In this document: positions 28,426 to 38,102 of the stretch, piece by piece
Layout: each line of letters begins with the position of its first letter
Position numbering within the stretch: the stretch's first letter is position 1
Assembly: GCA_050695815.1 (NCBI GenBank)
Contig: JBOGSW010000136.1
Span: forward strand, 1-48,680
DNA: 48,680 nt
Source of the DNA: Candidatus Limnocylindria bacterium
GTDB taxonomy: Bacteria > Chloroflexota > Limnocylindria > QHBO01
Direction of reading: 5' to 3'
Translations under genes and position numbers: made by a program
The notes under the pieces: generated by a model
The model's database searches: none
What the model was told of the DNA's origin: nothing
Seen by the model: only the letters and a program-made list of their open reading frames with translations

Positions 28426-29130
28426 ATGGGCACCGCGGGCGAGTCGACCGGAGGCGCGCAGGCGCTGGCGCAGATCGCGGACGAGGTTCGCGGCTGCACG
28501 CGCTGCACGCTCGCAGCGCGCCGAACGCTCACCGTTCCCGGCGAGGGAAACGTCCTGAGCGACGTCCTCCTCGTGGGGGAGGGGCCCGGCGCGCGCGAGG
28601 ATGCCACCGGACGGCCGTTCGTCGGTCCGGCCGGCCAGCTCCTCGACGAGCTTCTCGGCGCGATCGGCTGGGCGCGCGCCGACGTCTTCATCACGAACGT
28701 GGTGAAGTGCCGTCCTCCAGGAAACCGGGACCCCGAGCCGGCCGAGGTCAGCGCCTGCGGCGCGTATCTCGATCGCCAGGAGGCGGCGCTCGATCCGGCG
28801 GTGGTGGTCACGCTGGGCCGGCATTCGCTGCAACGCTATCTGCCTGGCGCCCGCATCGGGGCTGTCCACGGGCAGATGCGTCGCTCCTTCGCGGGGCTCC
28901 ATGTCTTCCCGATGTACCATCCTGCTGCGGCGCTGCACCAGGCCTCGTTGCGTGACACGCTGTTCCGCGACATCCGTGGCCTGCCATCGGCGTTGCTGGC
29001 CGCTCGCCAGGCGCTCGTCAATGAGCGCGCGGCATCGGCCGAGGCGGAGGAGGCTGCAGCTTCGGCACCGGAACCCGCATCGGTACCGGCGGAGCCCGCC
29101 GACGACGCCGAACAGATGACCCTCTTCTAG
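28426..29130 (+). CDS. Family-4 (Fe-S type) uracil-DNA glycosylase
   Basis: CTRCTL...VPGEGN....LLVGEGPGAREDATGRPFVGPAGQLLDELL, further Cys residues in VVKCRPPGNR...ACGAYL, and HPAAAL near the C-terminus. Confidence 0.85.
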   Translation: MGTAGESTGGAQALAQIADEVRGCTRCTLAARRTLTVPGEGNVLSDVLLVGEGPGAREDATGRPFVGPAGQLLDELLGAIGWARADVFITNVVKCRPPGNRDPEPAEVSACGAYLDRQEAALDPAVVVTLGRHSLQRYLPGARIGAVHGQMRRSFAGLHVFPMYHPAAALHQASLRDTLFRDIRGLPSALLAARQALVNERAASAEAEEAAASAPEPASVPAEPADDAEQMTLF

Positions 29131-29138
29131 GAGCTCTC

Positions 29139-30803
29139 ATGGCCGAATCCCTGCGCATCATCCCGCTCGGTGGGGTGGGCGAGGTCGGAAAGAACATCAC
29201 CGTCATCGAGTACGGCGTCGACATCGTTGTCGTCGACTGCGGGCTCGCATTCCCCGAGCCGGAGATGCTCGGCATCGATCTCGTGATCCCGGACGTCGCA
29301 TACCTCGAGGAGCGCCGCGACCGCGTGCGCGCGATCCTGCTCACGCACGGCCACGAGGACCACACCGGCGCGCTGCCGTATGTCCTGCCCAGGATCCCAG
29401 GCACGCCGATCTACGCCACGCGGCTGACCGAGGGCCTGGTGCAGGGCAAGCTGCGCGAGCACAAGCTGCTCGAGTCGACCCCGCTCCACGTGGTGACGCC
29501 GGGGGAGGAGTTTGCGATCGGCCCGTTCCGGGTCACCGCCTTCCGCGTCAACCACTCGATCCCCGACGGCGTCGGCTACGCGATCCGCTCACCGGTCGGC
29601 ACGGTGGTGCATACCGGAGACTTCAAGTTCGACCAGACGCCGCCGGATGGGCAGCGCGCCGACCTGGGGCTCATCGCCGACATCGGCAACCGCGGCGTGG
29701 AGTTCCTCCTGTCCGATTCGACGCGGGCCGAGAAGGAGGGGTACACGCTGTCCGAGGCGACCGTCGGCGACAGCCTCAACCGACTCGTCGGCGAAGCCCC
29801 CGGACGCGTCATCGTGGCCACCTTCGCCAGCAACATCGGTCGCGTGCAGCAGGTGATCGACGCCGCCTGGGCGCATGGTCGCAAGATGGTCGCGCTCGGT
29901 CGCAGCATGGAGCAGAACACCGCGATCGCCCTCGAGCGCGGCTACCTCGACCCTCGCGACGGCACGTTCGTGAAGAAGGATCAGCTCCAGCGCCTGCCGA
30001 AGGAGGAGCTGGTGGTGATGACGACCGGCTCGCAGGGTGAGCCGATGAGCGGCCTGACGCGGATGAGCAACCGCGACCATCGCAACATCACCATCGAGCC
30101 CGGTGACACCGTGATCGTCTCCGCCTCACCGATCCCGGGCAACGAGGAGGCGGTCGCCAAGACGATCGACAACCTCTTCAAGGAGGGGGCGATGGTCCAC
30201 TACGAGCCGCTGGTGCACTGCCACGTCTCCGGCCACGGCTCGCGCGAGGAGCTCAAGCTCATGCTCGCCCTCGTCCGTCCGCGCCACTTCGTACCGGTCC
30301 ACGGCGAGTACCGCATGCTCGTTCAGCACGGCCTCGTGGCCGAGGGCGCGGGCGTCGACGTCGACAAGATCTTCGTCCTCGAGAACGGCCAGGTCGTCGA
30401 GTTCGACGGGCAGCGCGCGCGAATGGCCGATCCGGTGCAGGCCGGTGCCGTCCTGGTCGACGGGATCGCGGCCATCGACGGGATCGATGGTGTCGTGCTC
30501 CGTGATCGGCGCATGCTGGCGTCCGACGGCGTCGTGCTCGTGGCGCTCACGATCGATGCCAAGACGGGCCAGTCGGTCGGCATGCCGGACCTCGTCAGCC
30601 GTGGGTTCCTGTCCGACCCGGAGGATCCGCTCATGGCCGAGGCACGCGACCACCTCGTCGACGCGCTTCGGCAGCGCCGCGAGGATGAGCACACGGCGGA
30701 GGCCGGCTACGTGAAGACGAAGATCCGCGACACGCTGAGCCGGTTCTTCCATCAGCGCACGAAGCGACGGCCGATGATCCTGCCGATCGTGATGGAGGTC
30801 TAG
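29139..30803 (+). CDS. rnj: Ribonuclease J (beta-CASP metallo-beta-lactamase)
   Basis: LRIIPLGGVGEVGKNITVIEY, LLTHGHEDHTGALPYV, DSTRAE and HCHVSGHGSREEL are present, and 554 aa is typical. Confidence 0.92.
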   Translation: MAESLRIIPLGGVGEVGKNITVIEYGVDIVVVDCGLAFPEPEMLGIDLVIPDVAYLEERRDRVRAILLTHGHEDHTGALPYVLPRIPGTPIYATRLTEGLVQGKLREHKLLESTPLHVVTPGEEFAIGPFRVTAFRVNHSIPDGVGYAIRSPVGTVVHTGDFKFDQTPPDGQRADLGLIADIGNRGVEFLLSDSTRAEKEGYTLSEATVGDSLNRLVGEAPGRVIVATFASNIGRVQQVIDAAWAHGRKMVALGRSMEQNTAIALERGYLDPRDGTFVKKDQLQRLPKEELVVMTTGSQGEPMSGLTRMSNRDHRNITIEPGDTVIVSASPIPGNEEAVAKTIDNLFKEGAMVHYEPLVHCHVSGHGSREELKLMLALVRPRHFVPVHGEYRMLVQHGLVAEGAGVDVDKIFVLENGQVVEFDGQRARMADPVQAGAVLVDGIAAIDGIDGVVLRDRRMLASDGVVLVALTIDAKTGQSVGMPDLVSRGFLSDPEDPLMAEARDHLVDALRQRREDEHTAEAGYVKTKIRDTLSRFFHQRTKRRPMILPIVMEV

Positions 30804-30812
30804 GCGCGACCG

Positions 30813-33203
30813 GTGCCGAGCCGACGGAGGACCCCGACCCGCAGGCGCGCCACGCGTCGCCGCCGCCAGACGACGCCGCTCACGATGAGCGCGCGCTTCG
30901 TCCGCGAGGCACTGGCGCTCGTGCTCGTGTTCCTGGCGATCCTCAGCGTCATCGCCCTCTTCGCCCCCAACGCCGGCGCCATCGTCCGGCCGTGGCACGA
31001 CGTGCTCGCCACCACGCTCGGCTGGGGGATCGCGTTCGCCGCGCCCCTGCTCGCCGGCTTCGCGCTCATGCTGTGGATGAAGACGATGCCGGCCGAGCGT
31101 TGGATGGCGGCGAGCGGCGCCGCGGCGGTGGCCCTGGCGCTGCTCGGCATGTTCCACCTCGCCGTCGGTGGCGGGTCCGATGCCATCGCGTCCGGACAGG
31201 GCGGGGGCGCGATCGGCTTTGCGGTCAGCGAGGTCCTCGTCGGAGCCCTCGGCGCAGCCGGAGCGTGGGTGGTGCTCATCCTCCTGGCGGTGGTCGGGCT
31301 GCTGCTCTACTTCAACATGACGATCGGTGATCTGGTCGCCGCGTACCTGAACGAGCGCGACGAGCGCCGCAAGCGCGATGCGGAGGAGGGTCGGCGAGCC
31401 GCCGCGCGGCGGCCGCGGGCTGGCGAGGCGCGAGGTCGCCCCGAGCCCGCACCGGAGCCCGAGACGCGAGCCGGGCTCATCGACCGCATGCGCGACCGGC
31501 TGGCGGGAGGCGGTGACGCGGACGACGAGCCACCGCTCATCGTGCGCCGCGAGCGCCCTGCGACGGCCACCGGCAACGGCGGTCCACGGGTCGTCTCGCC
31601 GCCCGTGGCGGTGCCGGTCCCCGCGGCCGTGCCGGGCGACGGGGAGTCACCCGCGGCGAGCGACGATCTCGAGCACACCGAGGAGGCGCACCTGGCGCAG
31701 GCCGCGGCGGGAGAGACGGCCGACGCGGCCCTCGAGCCGGTCGAGCGCACGTGGGAGCTGCCGGAGCTCGATCTGCTTGCCAACGCCCCGGAGTCATCGG
31801 CGGCGCAGATGGACCTCACCGCCAAGGGGCACCGCATCCGCGAGACACTGGCCCACTTCGGCATCGGCGTGAAGGTGGCGCGCATCCAGGAGGGCCCGGT
31901 CGTCACGCAGTACGCGCTCGATGTCGAGCCGGGCATCAAGCTGAGCCGGATCGAGGGACTCTCCGACAATCTCGCGCTGGCGCTGGCCGCTCGCAGCATC
32001 CGGATCGAGGCGCCGATTCCGGGTGAGCCGTACGTCGGCGTCGAGATCCCGAACAACGCGTTCGACCTGGTCACGCTCAAGGAGGTGCTCGCCAGCCGCA
32101 ACTTCGCCGATGGCTCGAAGAAGTCGAAGCTCGCCTTCGCCCTCGGCCAGGACGTGGCCGGCCAGCCGTTCAGCGCCGACCTGGCCAAGATGCCGCACGT
32201 CCTCATCGCTGGGGCGACCGGATCGGGCAAGAGCGTGTGCGTCAACGCGATCATCGACAGCCTGCTCATGAACGCGACGCCAGCGGAGGTGAAGCTGATC
32301 CTCATCGACCCCAAGCGCGTGGAGCTGGCGCAGTACAAGGGCATCCCGCACCTGCTGACCGAGGTCATCGTCGAGCCGGAGAAGTCGGTGAACGCCCTGA
32401 AGTGGACGGTGGGCACGATGGAGAGCCGCTACGCCGAGTTCGCGTCCCGCGGCGTCCGCAACATCGGCGGCTACAACGAGGCCCTTCGCAGCGGCGAGCC
32501 GCGGATGCCGTACATCGTCATCATCATCGATGAGCTGGCCGACCTAATGATGGTGAGCGCGTACGAGGTGGAGGCGACCATCACCCGCATCGCCCAACTG
32601 GCGCGCGCGACCGGGATCCACCTGGTCGTCGCCACCCAGCGCCCGAGCGTGCAGGTGATCACGGGCCTCATCAAGGCCAACATCCCGTCGCGCATCGCCT
32701 TCGCCATGACGAGCGGCGTCGACTCGCGCACGATCCTCGACACGACGGGGGCGGAGGATCTGCTCGGACGCGGCGACATGCTCTATCAGCCGATCGACGC
32801 GCCACGCGCCGTGCGCCTCCAGGGCGTGCTCGTCACCGATGGAGAGATCGAGGCCGTGGCGCGGCACTGGCGCGGCCAGGGCGGCCCACAGTACCGGCCC
32901 GAGGTCACCGCACCGCGGCGGGACGGCAAGGCCGGCGGGCGGCCCGGCGAGGATGGGCAGGACGACGATGCCGACGCGCTGCTCAGCCAGGCCGTCGACA
33001 TCGTGAGGCGCTCGGACAAGGCCTCCGCCTCGCTGCTGCAGCGACGGCTGCGCATCGGCTACGCGCGGGCGGCCCGCATACTCGATCAGATGGAGGACCG
33101 CGGCATCGTCGGGCCTGCAGACGGCAGCCGCTTCCGCGAGGTCCTCGTGACGAGCGACGGCTGGGGAGGTGATGTCGGACCCGACGGGGAGGACGAGCTG
33201 TGA
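30813..33203 (+). CDS. ftsK: DNA translocase FtsK
   Basis: N-terminal TM helices, an Ala/Pro/Arg-rich linker, the motor LIAGATGSGKSVCVNAII...IVIIIDELADLM and a gamma winged helix ASASLLQRRLRIGYARAARILDQMEDRGIVGP. The start (GTG 30813 versus ATG 30885) is uncertain. Confidence 0.92.
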   Translation: MPSRRRTPTRRRATRRRRQTTPLTMSARFVREALALVLVFLAILSVIALFAPNAGAIVRPWHDVLATTLGWGIAFAAPLLAGFALMLWMKTMPAERWMAASGAAAVALALLGMFHLAVGGGSDAIASGQGGGAIGFAVSEVLVGALGAAGAWVVLILLAVVGLLLYFNMTIGDLVAAYLNERDERRKRDAEEGRRAAARRPRAGEARGRPEPAPEPETRAGLIDRMRDRLAGGGDADDEPPLIVRRERPATATGNGGPRVVSPPVAVPVPAAVPGDGESPAASDDLEHTEEAHLAQAAAGETADAALEPVERTWELPELDLLANAPESSAAQMDLTAKGHRIRETLAHFGIGVKVARIQEGPVVTQYALDVEPGIKLSRIEGLSDNLALALAARSIRIEAPIPGEPYVGVEIPNNAFDLVTLKEVLASRNFADGSKKSKLAFALGQDVAGQPFSADLAKMPHVLIAGATGSGKSVCVNAIIDSLLMNATPAEVKLILIDPKRVELAQYKGIPHLLTEVIVEPEKSVNALKWTVGTMESRYAEFASRGVRNIGGYNEALRSGEPRMPYIVIIIDELADLMMVSAYEVEATITRIAQLARATGIHLVVATQRPSVQVITGLIKANIPSRIAFAMTSGVDSRTILDTTGAEDLLGRGDMLYQPIDAPRAVRLQGVLVTDGEIEAVARHWRGQGGPQYRPEVTAPRRDGKAGGRPGEDGQDDDADALLSQAVDIVRRSDKASASLLQRRLRIGYARAARILDQMEDRGIVGPADGSRFREVLVTSDGWGGDVGPDGEDEL

Positions 33204-34483
33204 CCGAGGATGTCCACAAGCTCGGCGAGGTGCTCCGTGCCGCCCGTGAGGCCAAGGGCGTGGAGCTTCCGCGGGTGGAGCGCGAGACGAAGATCCGCGA
33301 GCGCTACCTGTCGGCTCTCGAGCGCGGCGAGTACCGCGAGCTGCCGGGAGCCGTCTACACGAAGGGATTCCTGCGCAACTACGGCGCATACCTCGGGCTC
33401 GACCCGGAGTACCTCATCGACCTGTATCGGCTCGAGACCGCCGCCACCGTCGAAAAGCCGCGCGTTCCGGCGCCGCCACGGCCGCTCGCCACCCGCCGCT
33501 CCCGCGCGTTCGTCGTCACCCCCGGTGCCGTCGTGGGAGCGATCCTGACCATCGGCGTCGGCGCCTTCATCGCGCTCATCGGCTACCAGCTCGTCACGTT
33601 CGCGCGCATGCCGGAGCTTCGCATCACGCAGCCACCGGGAGACGTCCGCAGCCACGACGAGCTGACCTACACCGTTCGCGGCGTGACCGAGCCGAACGCG
33701 CGCATCACGGTTACCGGGCTGCGCGAGAACCCGACCGTCGACGCCGATGCGGACGGCAGCTTCGAGATCACCGTCGAGCTCGTCCCCGGCTCGAACGTCC
33801 TGCGGCTGGTCGCCTTCGACCCGGTCACCGAGCGCGATTCGGAGCCGGTCGAGCGCACCATCCGGGTCGAGCTCGCCTCGACCGAGAGCCCGTCCCCCGA
33901 CGTGCCGGCGCTGGCGCTGGAGCAGCCGGCAGCCGACGCGGCGTTCACCGGACCGGTGCCCCTGGCCGGCACGGCCGCACCGGCAGCGGTGCTCGAGGCG
34001 ACCGCCGCGCTCGTCACGGCGGCATCGCCGACCTTCACCGTCGTCGACGGCACGGGCGCGGCGGTCACCCTCAGCCCGGAGCCACCGACCGCCAGCGGGG
34101 TACCGATCACGGTGGCGGACGACGGCAGCTTCACCGGCAGCATGGCCCTCCGGCCGGGCACGTGGGACGTGACGGTGACGCCGGCCGATGGCGAGCCGAT
34201 CACCCGGCGGGTCAGCGTCGGGCCGGCCGCCGGCCTGATCGGCACACTCAGCCTCGAGGGCGGCCAGTCGTACCTCGAGGTCGAGCAGGACGGCACCGCT
34301 CTTGCCGACGTCACGGGCACGATCGCCGACGAGGGCGACACGATCATGCTGCAGGCCACCGACGAGCTGCGCATCCGGGCCGGCAACGCCGGCGCGGTTG
34401 GGCTCATCATCAACGGCATCAGCATCGGCGCCATGGGAGAGCCCGGTGCCGTCGTGGAGTGGAATATCAGCCGCGCCGATTGA
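33200..34483 (+). CDS. RodZ-like HTH (XRE-type) membrane protein with C-terminal DUF4115-like domain
   Basis: LGEVLRAAREAKGVELPRVERETKIRERYLSALERGEY..LPG.VYTKGFLRNYGAYLGLD, one TM helix (AVVGAILTIGVGAFIALIGY), and the C-terminus ...LRIRAGNAGAVGLIINGISIG. The GTG overlaps the ftsK stop. Confidence 0.75.
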   Translation: MTEDVHKLGEVLRAAREAKGVELPRVERETKIRERYLSALERGEYRELPGAVYTKGFLRNYGAYLGLDPEYLIDLYRLETAATVEKPRVPAPPRPLATRRSRAFVVTPGAVVGAILTIGVGAFIALIGYQLVTFARMPELRITQPPGDVRSHDELTYTVRGVTEPNARITVTGLRENPTVDADADGSFEITVELVPGSNVLRLVAFDPVTERDSEPVERTIRVELASTESPSPDVPALALEQPAADAAFTGPVPLAGTAAPAAVLEATAALVTAASPTFTVVDGTGAAVTLSPEPPTASGVPITVADDGSFTGSMALRPGTWDVTVTPADGEPITRRVSVGPAAGLIGTLSLEGGQSYLEVEQDGTALADVTGTIADEGDTIMLQATDELRIRAGNAGAVGLIINGISIGAMGEPGAVVEWNISRAD

Positions 34484-34516
34484 CGCATCGGCGCCGCACA
34501 CGGAGGCAGGGACGTC

Positions 34517-35008
34517 ATGGCATCTGATTCATCGTTCGACGTGGTGAGCGACTTCGACCAGCAGGAGCTGGTCAACGCGCTCGACCAGGCGCGACGCGAG
34601 ATCGCGACGCGCTACGACTTCAAGGGCAGCAAGGTCGCCTATGAGCTCGGCAAGGACGCGATCACGCTGTCCGCCGACGACGAGTACCGCGCCGGGGCGG
34701 CGAAGGATCTGCTCGAGTCGAAGTCGGTCAAGCGCGGCCTGTCACTGAAGATCTTCGACTGGGGCCGTATCGAGCCGGCCGGAGGGGGCATCGTGCGCCA
34801 GGAGATCACGCTCAAGCGCGGCCTGACCTCGGAGCAGGCCAAGGAGCTCTCGAAGCGCGTCCGCGAGGCCTTCCCCAAGACGAAGCCGAGCATCCAGGGC
34901 GATGCCGTCCGCGTGTCGGCCAAGTCGAAGGATGAGCTGCAGGCGGTGATCGCCGCGCTCAAGGCGCTCGACTACCCGGTCGCCCTGCAGTTCACGAACT
35001 ACCGCTAG
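34517..35008 (+). CDS. yajQ: YajQ-family (UPF0234) nucleotide-binding protein
   Basis: SFDVVSDFDQQELVNALDQARREIATRYDFKGS. The 163-aa length is typical for the family. Confidence 0.9.
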   Translation: MASDSSFDVVSDFDQQELVNALDQARREIATRYDFKGSKVAYELGKDAITLSADDEYRAGAAKDLLESKSVKRGLSLKIFDWGRIEPAGGGIVRQEITLKRGLTSEQAKELSKRVREAFPKTKPSIQGDAVRVSAKSKDELQAVIAALKALDYPVALQFTNYR

Positions 35009-35012
35009 ACCG

Positions 35013-35528
35013 ATGCCGCAGCCGCGCCCACCCAGCGATGACGAGCTCGACGCCGCGGGCAGGCGCCTGGGACGCGCGCTCGTCGGGCGCGGCTGGCAGA
35101 TGGCCGCCGCCGAGTCGTGCACCGGCGGCCTGGTCGGCCACGTCATCACGCAGGCGCCGCGCTCGAGCGACCACTTCCTGGGTGGCATCGTGAGCTACTC
35201 GAACGCGGCCAAGGAAGAGCTTCTCGACGTCCCGGCCGATCTGCTCGAGCGCGTCGGCGCGGTCTCGGCCGAGGTGGCGGAGGCGATGGCGACCGGCGCG
35301 CTGCGGTGCTTCCCGGTTGCGACGCTGGCCGTGGCGGTGACCGGGATCGCGGGTCCCGATGGCGGTTCGGACGACAAGCCGGTCGGCCTCACCTACGTCG
35401 CGACAGCGTTCCGCGATGGAGCCGCCAGCGTCGAGCGGCACACCTGGCCGTACGACCGTGATGGAAACAAGCGCGCCTCGGCGCTCGCGGTGCTCGAGCT
35501 GGCCACCCGCGTTACGGGCGAGGGATAG
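35013..35528 (+). CDS. pncC: CinA C-terminal-domain protein / nicotinamide-nucleotide amidase PncC
   Basis: AAAESCTGGLVGHVIT..P.SS..F.GGIVSYSN..K...L, TGIAGPDGG...KPVGLTY. Confidence 0.85.
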   Translation: MPQPRPPSDDELDAAGRRLGRALVGRGWQMAAAESCTGGLVGHVITQAPRSSDHFLGGIVSYSNAAKEELLDVPADLLERVGAVSAEVAEAMATGALRCFPVATLAVAVTGIAGPDGGSDDKPVGLTYVATAFRDGAASVERHTWPYDRDGNKRASALAVLELATRVTGEG

Positions 35529-35531
35529 GGA

Positions 35532-36944
35532 GTGGTCACCGCCGGCGAGCGCATCCATGTCATCGGCATCGCCGGCTCGGGCGCAGCTGGCGCATCGGTC
35601 CTGCTGAAGCACGCCGGAGCCCTGGTCGACGGGTGCGACGCCGACGTCCCGTCGCCGTACACGCCAGCGCTCGATGCCGCCAGCATCCCGTACGTGAGCG
35701 GCCATGATCCCGCGCACCTCGACGGCGTCGATCGCGTGGCCATCAGCCCTGCCGTGCGGGCCGCCCCCGACCACCCCGAGCTGGCGGCGGCCGAGGCGCG
35801 CGGCATCGGGGTGGCGACCTGGCAGGCACTGCTGGGCGAGCTGATGGACGCTCCGGGGCACATCGGGCTGGGCGTGACGGGCACCCACGGCAAGTCGACC
35901 ACCACCGCGCTGCTGGGTCACCTGCTCATCGCCGCCGGGCTCGACCCCACCGTGGAGGTCGGTGCCTTCATCAGGCCATGGGGCGCATCGGTCAGGGCCG
36001 GTGGGGGAGCGCCCTTCCTGGTCGAGGCGGACGAGTTCGGCGACAACTTCCTGAACTACCACCCCGCCGGCGCGATCGTCGCGAACGTCGAGATGGATCA
36101 CCCCGACTACTTCGCCGACGCTGCCGCGGTGATGGCCTCGTTCGAGCGATTCGTGCGCGGCATGGGCAGCCACCCTGCCCTCAACGGTCGGCTGCTGGTG
36201 ATCTCGGCCGGCGACCCGGGCGCCAACGAGCTCACCGCGCGGCTGAGCGGGTGGACCGGGAGGATCGTGCGCTACGGCAGCGGCGGCGAGATTGCCGCAT
36301 CCGAAGTGGTGCGCAACCAGGCCGGTACCGCGTTCACGCTCTTCGCCCATCGGTTCGAGATGACGCTCGCCGGCGAGCACAACGTGCTGAACGCGACCGC
36401 GGCGCTGATCATGGCCCGCACGCTCGGCGCGGACCTGGACCTCCTGGCGGACGGCCTGCTCACGTTCGCCGGAGCCGGACGCCGCATGGAGCTGATCGCC
36501 GATACTGCGGACGTGACGATCCTCGACGACTACGGCCACCACCCGACCGAGGTGCGCGCCGCGCTGGCCGCCGCGCGCCAGATGGTCGGTCCGGATCGAC
36601 GCCTGTGGGCCGTCTTCGAGCCCCACATGTACTCGCGCACAGCGCTCCTCATGGATGCCTTCTCCACCTCCTTCACCGATGCGAACGAGGTCGTCATCGC
36701 CGATATCTTCGCCTCGCGTGACACGCCCGAGGCGATGGCCTCCACCAGCGCCGAGGCCCTGGCCGACGCGATCGAGCGCGCATCGGGGATCCCTGCCATG
36801 GCCACCGGCGACGTGGACGCCACGGCCGCCTATGTTGCCGGCCATCTCACGAGCGGCGACGCCGTGCTCGTCATGGGCGCCGGAAAGTCGTACCGCATCG
36901 CGCGCGGCCTGGCCGAGCACGCGGCGGGGGAGCGACCCGGGTGA
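35532..36944 (+). CDS. murC: Mur ligase, UDP-N-acetylmuramate--L-alanine ligase (MurC; the Mpl paralogue is not excluded)
   Basis: IHVIGIAGSGAAGAS Rossmann N-terminus, GVTGTHGKSTTTALLGHLL P-loop, EADEFG, DDYGHHPTE. Confidence 0.8.
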   Translation: MVTAGERIHVIGIAGSGAAGASVLLKHAGALVDGCDADVPSPYTPALDAASIPYVSGHDPAHLDGVDRVAISPAVRAAPDHPELAAAEARGIGVATWQALLGELMDAPGHIGLGVTGTHGKSTTTALLGHLLIAAGLDPTVEVGAFIRPWGASVRAGGGAPFLVEADEFGDNFLNYHPAGAIVANVEMDHPDYFADAAAVMASFERFVRGMGSHPALNGRLLVISAGDPGANELTARLSGWTGRIVRYGSGGEIAASEVVRNQAGTAFTLFAHRFEMTLAGEHNVLNATAALIMARTLGADLDLLADGLLTFAGAGRRMELIADTADVTILDDYGHHPTEVRAALAAARQMVGPDRRLWAVFEPHMYSRTALLMDAFSTSFTDANEVVIADIFASRDTPEAMASTSAEALADAIERASGIPAMATGDVDATAAYVAGHLTSGDAVLVMGAGKSYRIARGLAEHAAGERPG

Positions 36945-37318
36945 TCGGCGCCCGCTCGGCATTCCTCGGCGCGATCCTGGCGCTGGCCGTGGCGATCGCC
37001 TACCAGGGCGTCGTGCGCCTCGTCGATGCCTCCGGCGCGCGCGACCAGCCGGCGGTGATCCTGATCCTCCTCCTGTCGGCCTTCCTTGGCGTCCTGACCG
37101 CGGTGGTGACGCGCATGATGCGCCTGCCGGGCGCCACGGCTCCCACCGTGCTGGTCCTGGGATGGACCCTCGTGCCGATCGTGCTCGGCGCCATCCCCAG
37201 CGCCGCCACCGAGCTCTTCGCCGGAGACGGAGCGCTCACCACGGGGCAGGCGCTGGCGCTGGCGACGGCCACGGTGGCGGCCGCCGTGACGCTCGGGGTT
37301 CCCGCCGAGCGTCGCTGA
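36941..37318 (+). CDS. Hypothetical small integral membrane protein
   Basis: The 125-aa protein has 3-4 hydrophobic helices. Its GTG overlaps the murC stop, and its own stop overlaps the next ATG. There is no recognisable family motif. Support comes from coding bias and the coupling pattern only. Confidence 0.45.
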   Translation: MIGARSAFLGAILALAVAIAYQGVVRLVDASGARDQPAVILILLLSAFLGVLTAVVTRMMRLPGATAPTVLVLGWTLVPIVLGAIPSAATELFAGDGALTTGQALALATATVAAAVTLGVPAERR

Positions 37319-37971
37319 TGCCGGACCGGGAGCTGCTCGACGAGCAGATCGCTTACTACCGTGCCCGAGCGGCCGAGTACGACGCGACCTCGACGGTGGA
37401 CGGCGATCCGTTCGCCGAGCACACGGCCCGCATCCGATCGGCGCTCGATGCCTTCGCTCCGAGCGGCCGTGCCCTCGAGCTTGCCGCCGGCACCGGCCAG
37501 TGGACCGGCCAGCTTGCCGAGCACGCCGACAAGCTGCTGGTGACCGACGCATCGCCCGAGATGCTCGAGCTCAATCGGGCCAGGGTTGGGCAGCGCGCCA
37601 ACGTTCGCCGCCGCGTGGCCGATGCCTTCGCGCTGGAGCCCACGCACGGCCACGACGTCGTCTTCTTCGGCTTCTTCCTGTCCCACGTGCCTCCGAGCCG
37701 CTTCGGGGCGTTCTGGAGCGGCGTGGAGGGCGTCCTGGCCCCTGGGGGACGCGTCTTCTTCGTCGACGAGGCTGCCCACGGCCTGTGGGAGGAGGACTGG
37801 GTCGACCGGGATGCTGGCGTCACGCGAAGGACGCTGAGTGACGGATCGGTCCACCGTGCGGTGAAGGTCCTCTGGCGTCCAGACGAGCTCGCCGCCACGC
37901 TGAGGACGCTCGCCTGGGACGCATCGGTCCAGCAGGAAGGTCCGTTCTACCACGGGATGGCCCGCAGATAG
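37318..37971 (+). CDS. Class I SAM-dependent methyltransferase (unknown substrate)
   Basis: YYRARAAEYD at the N-terminus, motif I ALELAAGTGQWTGQLA and motif-II-like DVVFFGFFLSHVP. ATG 37318 is chosen, because the upstream part of the ORF-track frame is an off-frame shadow. Confidence 0.75.
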   Translation: MPDRELLDEQIAYYRARAAEYDATSTVDGDPFAEHTARIRSALDAFAPSGRALELAAGTGQWTGQLAEHADKLLVTDASPEMLELNRARVGQRANVRRRVADAFALEPTHGHDVVFFGFFLSHVPPSRFGAFWSGVEGVLAPGGRVFFVDEAAHGLWEEDWVDRDAGVTRRTLSDGSVHRAVKVLWRPDELAATLRTLAWDASVQQEGPFYHGMARR

Positions 37972-38102
37972 CACTACGCGAGTCCTATTGCGGGACGGTG
38001 ATACGGTCAGTGCTCCGGGTGAATGCACCGAGGATGAGTGCCTCGGTCGTCCGAGCCGATCGCGGCCGCTCGGTACTGCCCGCGCACGAACGGAGGCATC
38101 CG

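Noticed and set aside
35532-36944. murC located away from a dcw (mur/fts) cluster as an anomaly
   Set aside because: Stand-alone murC or its paralogue mpl is common. Without a database comparison I cannot tell the two apart, and the placement alone is not informative.
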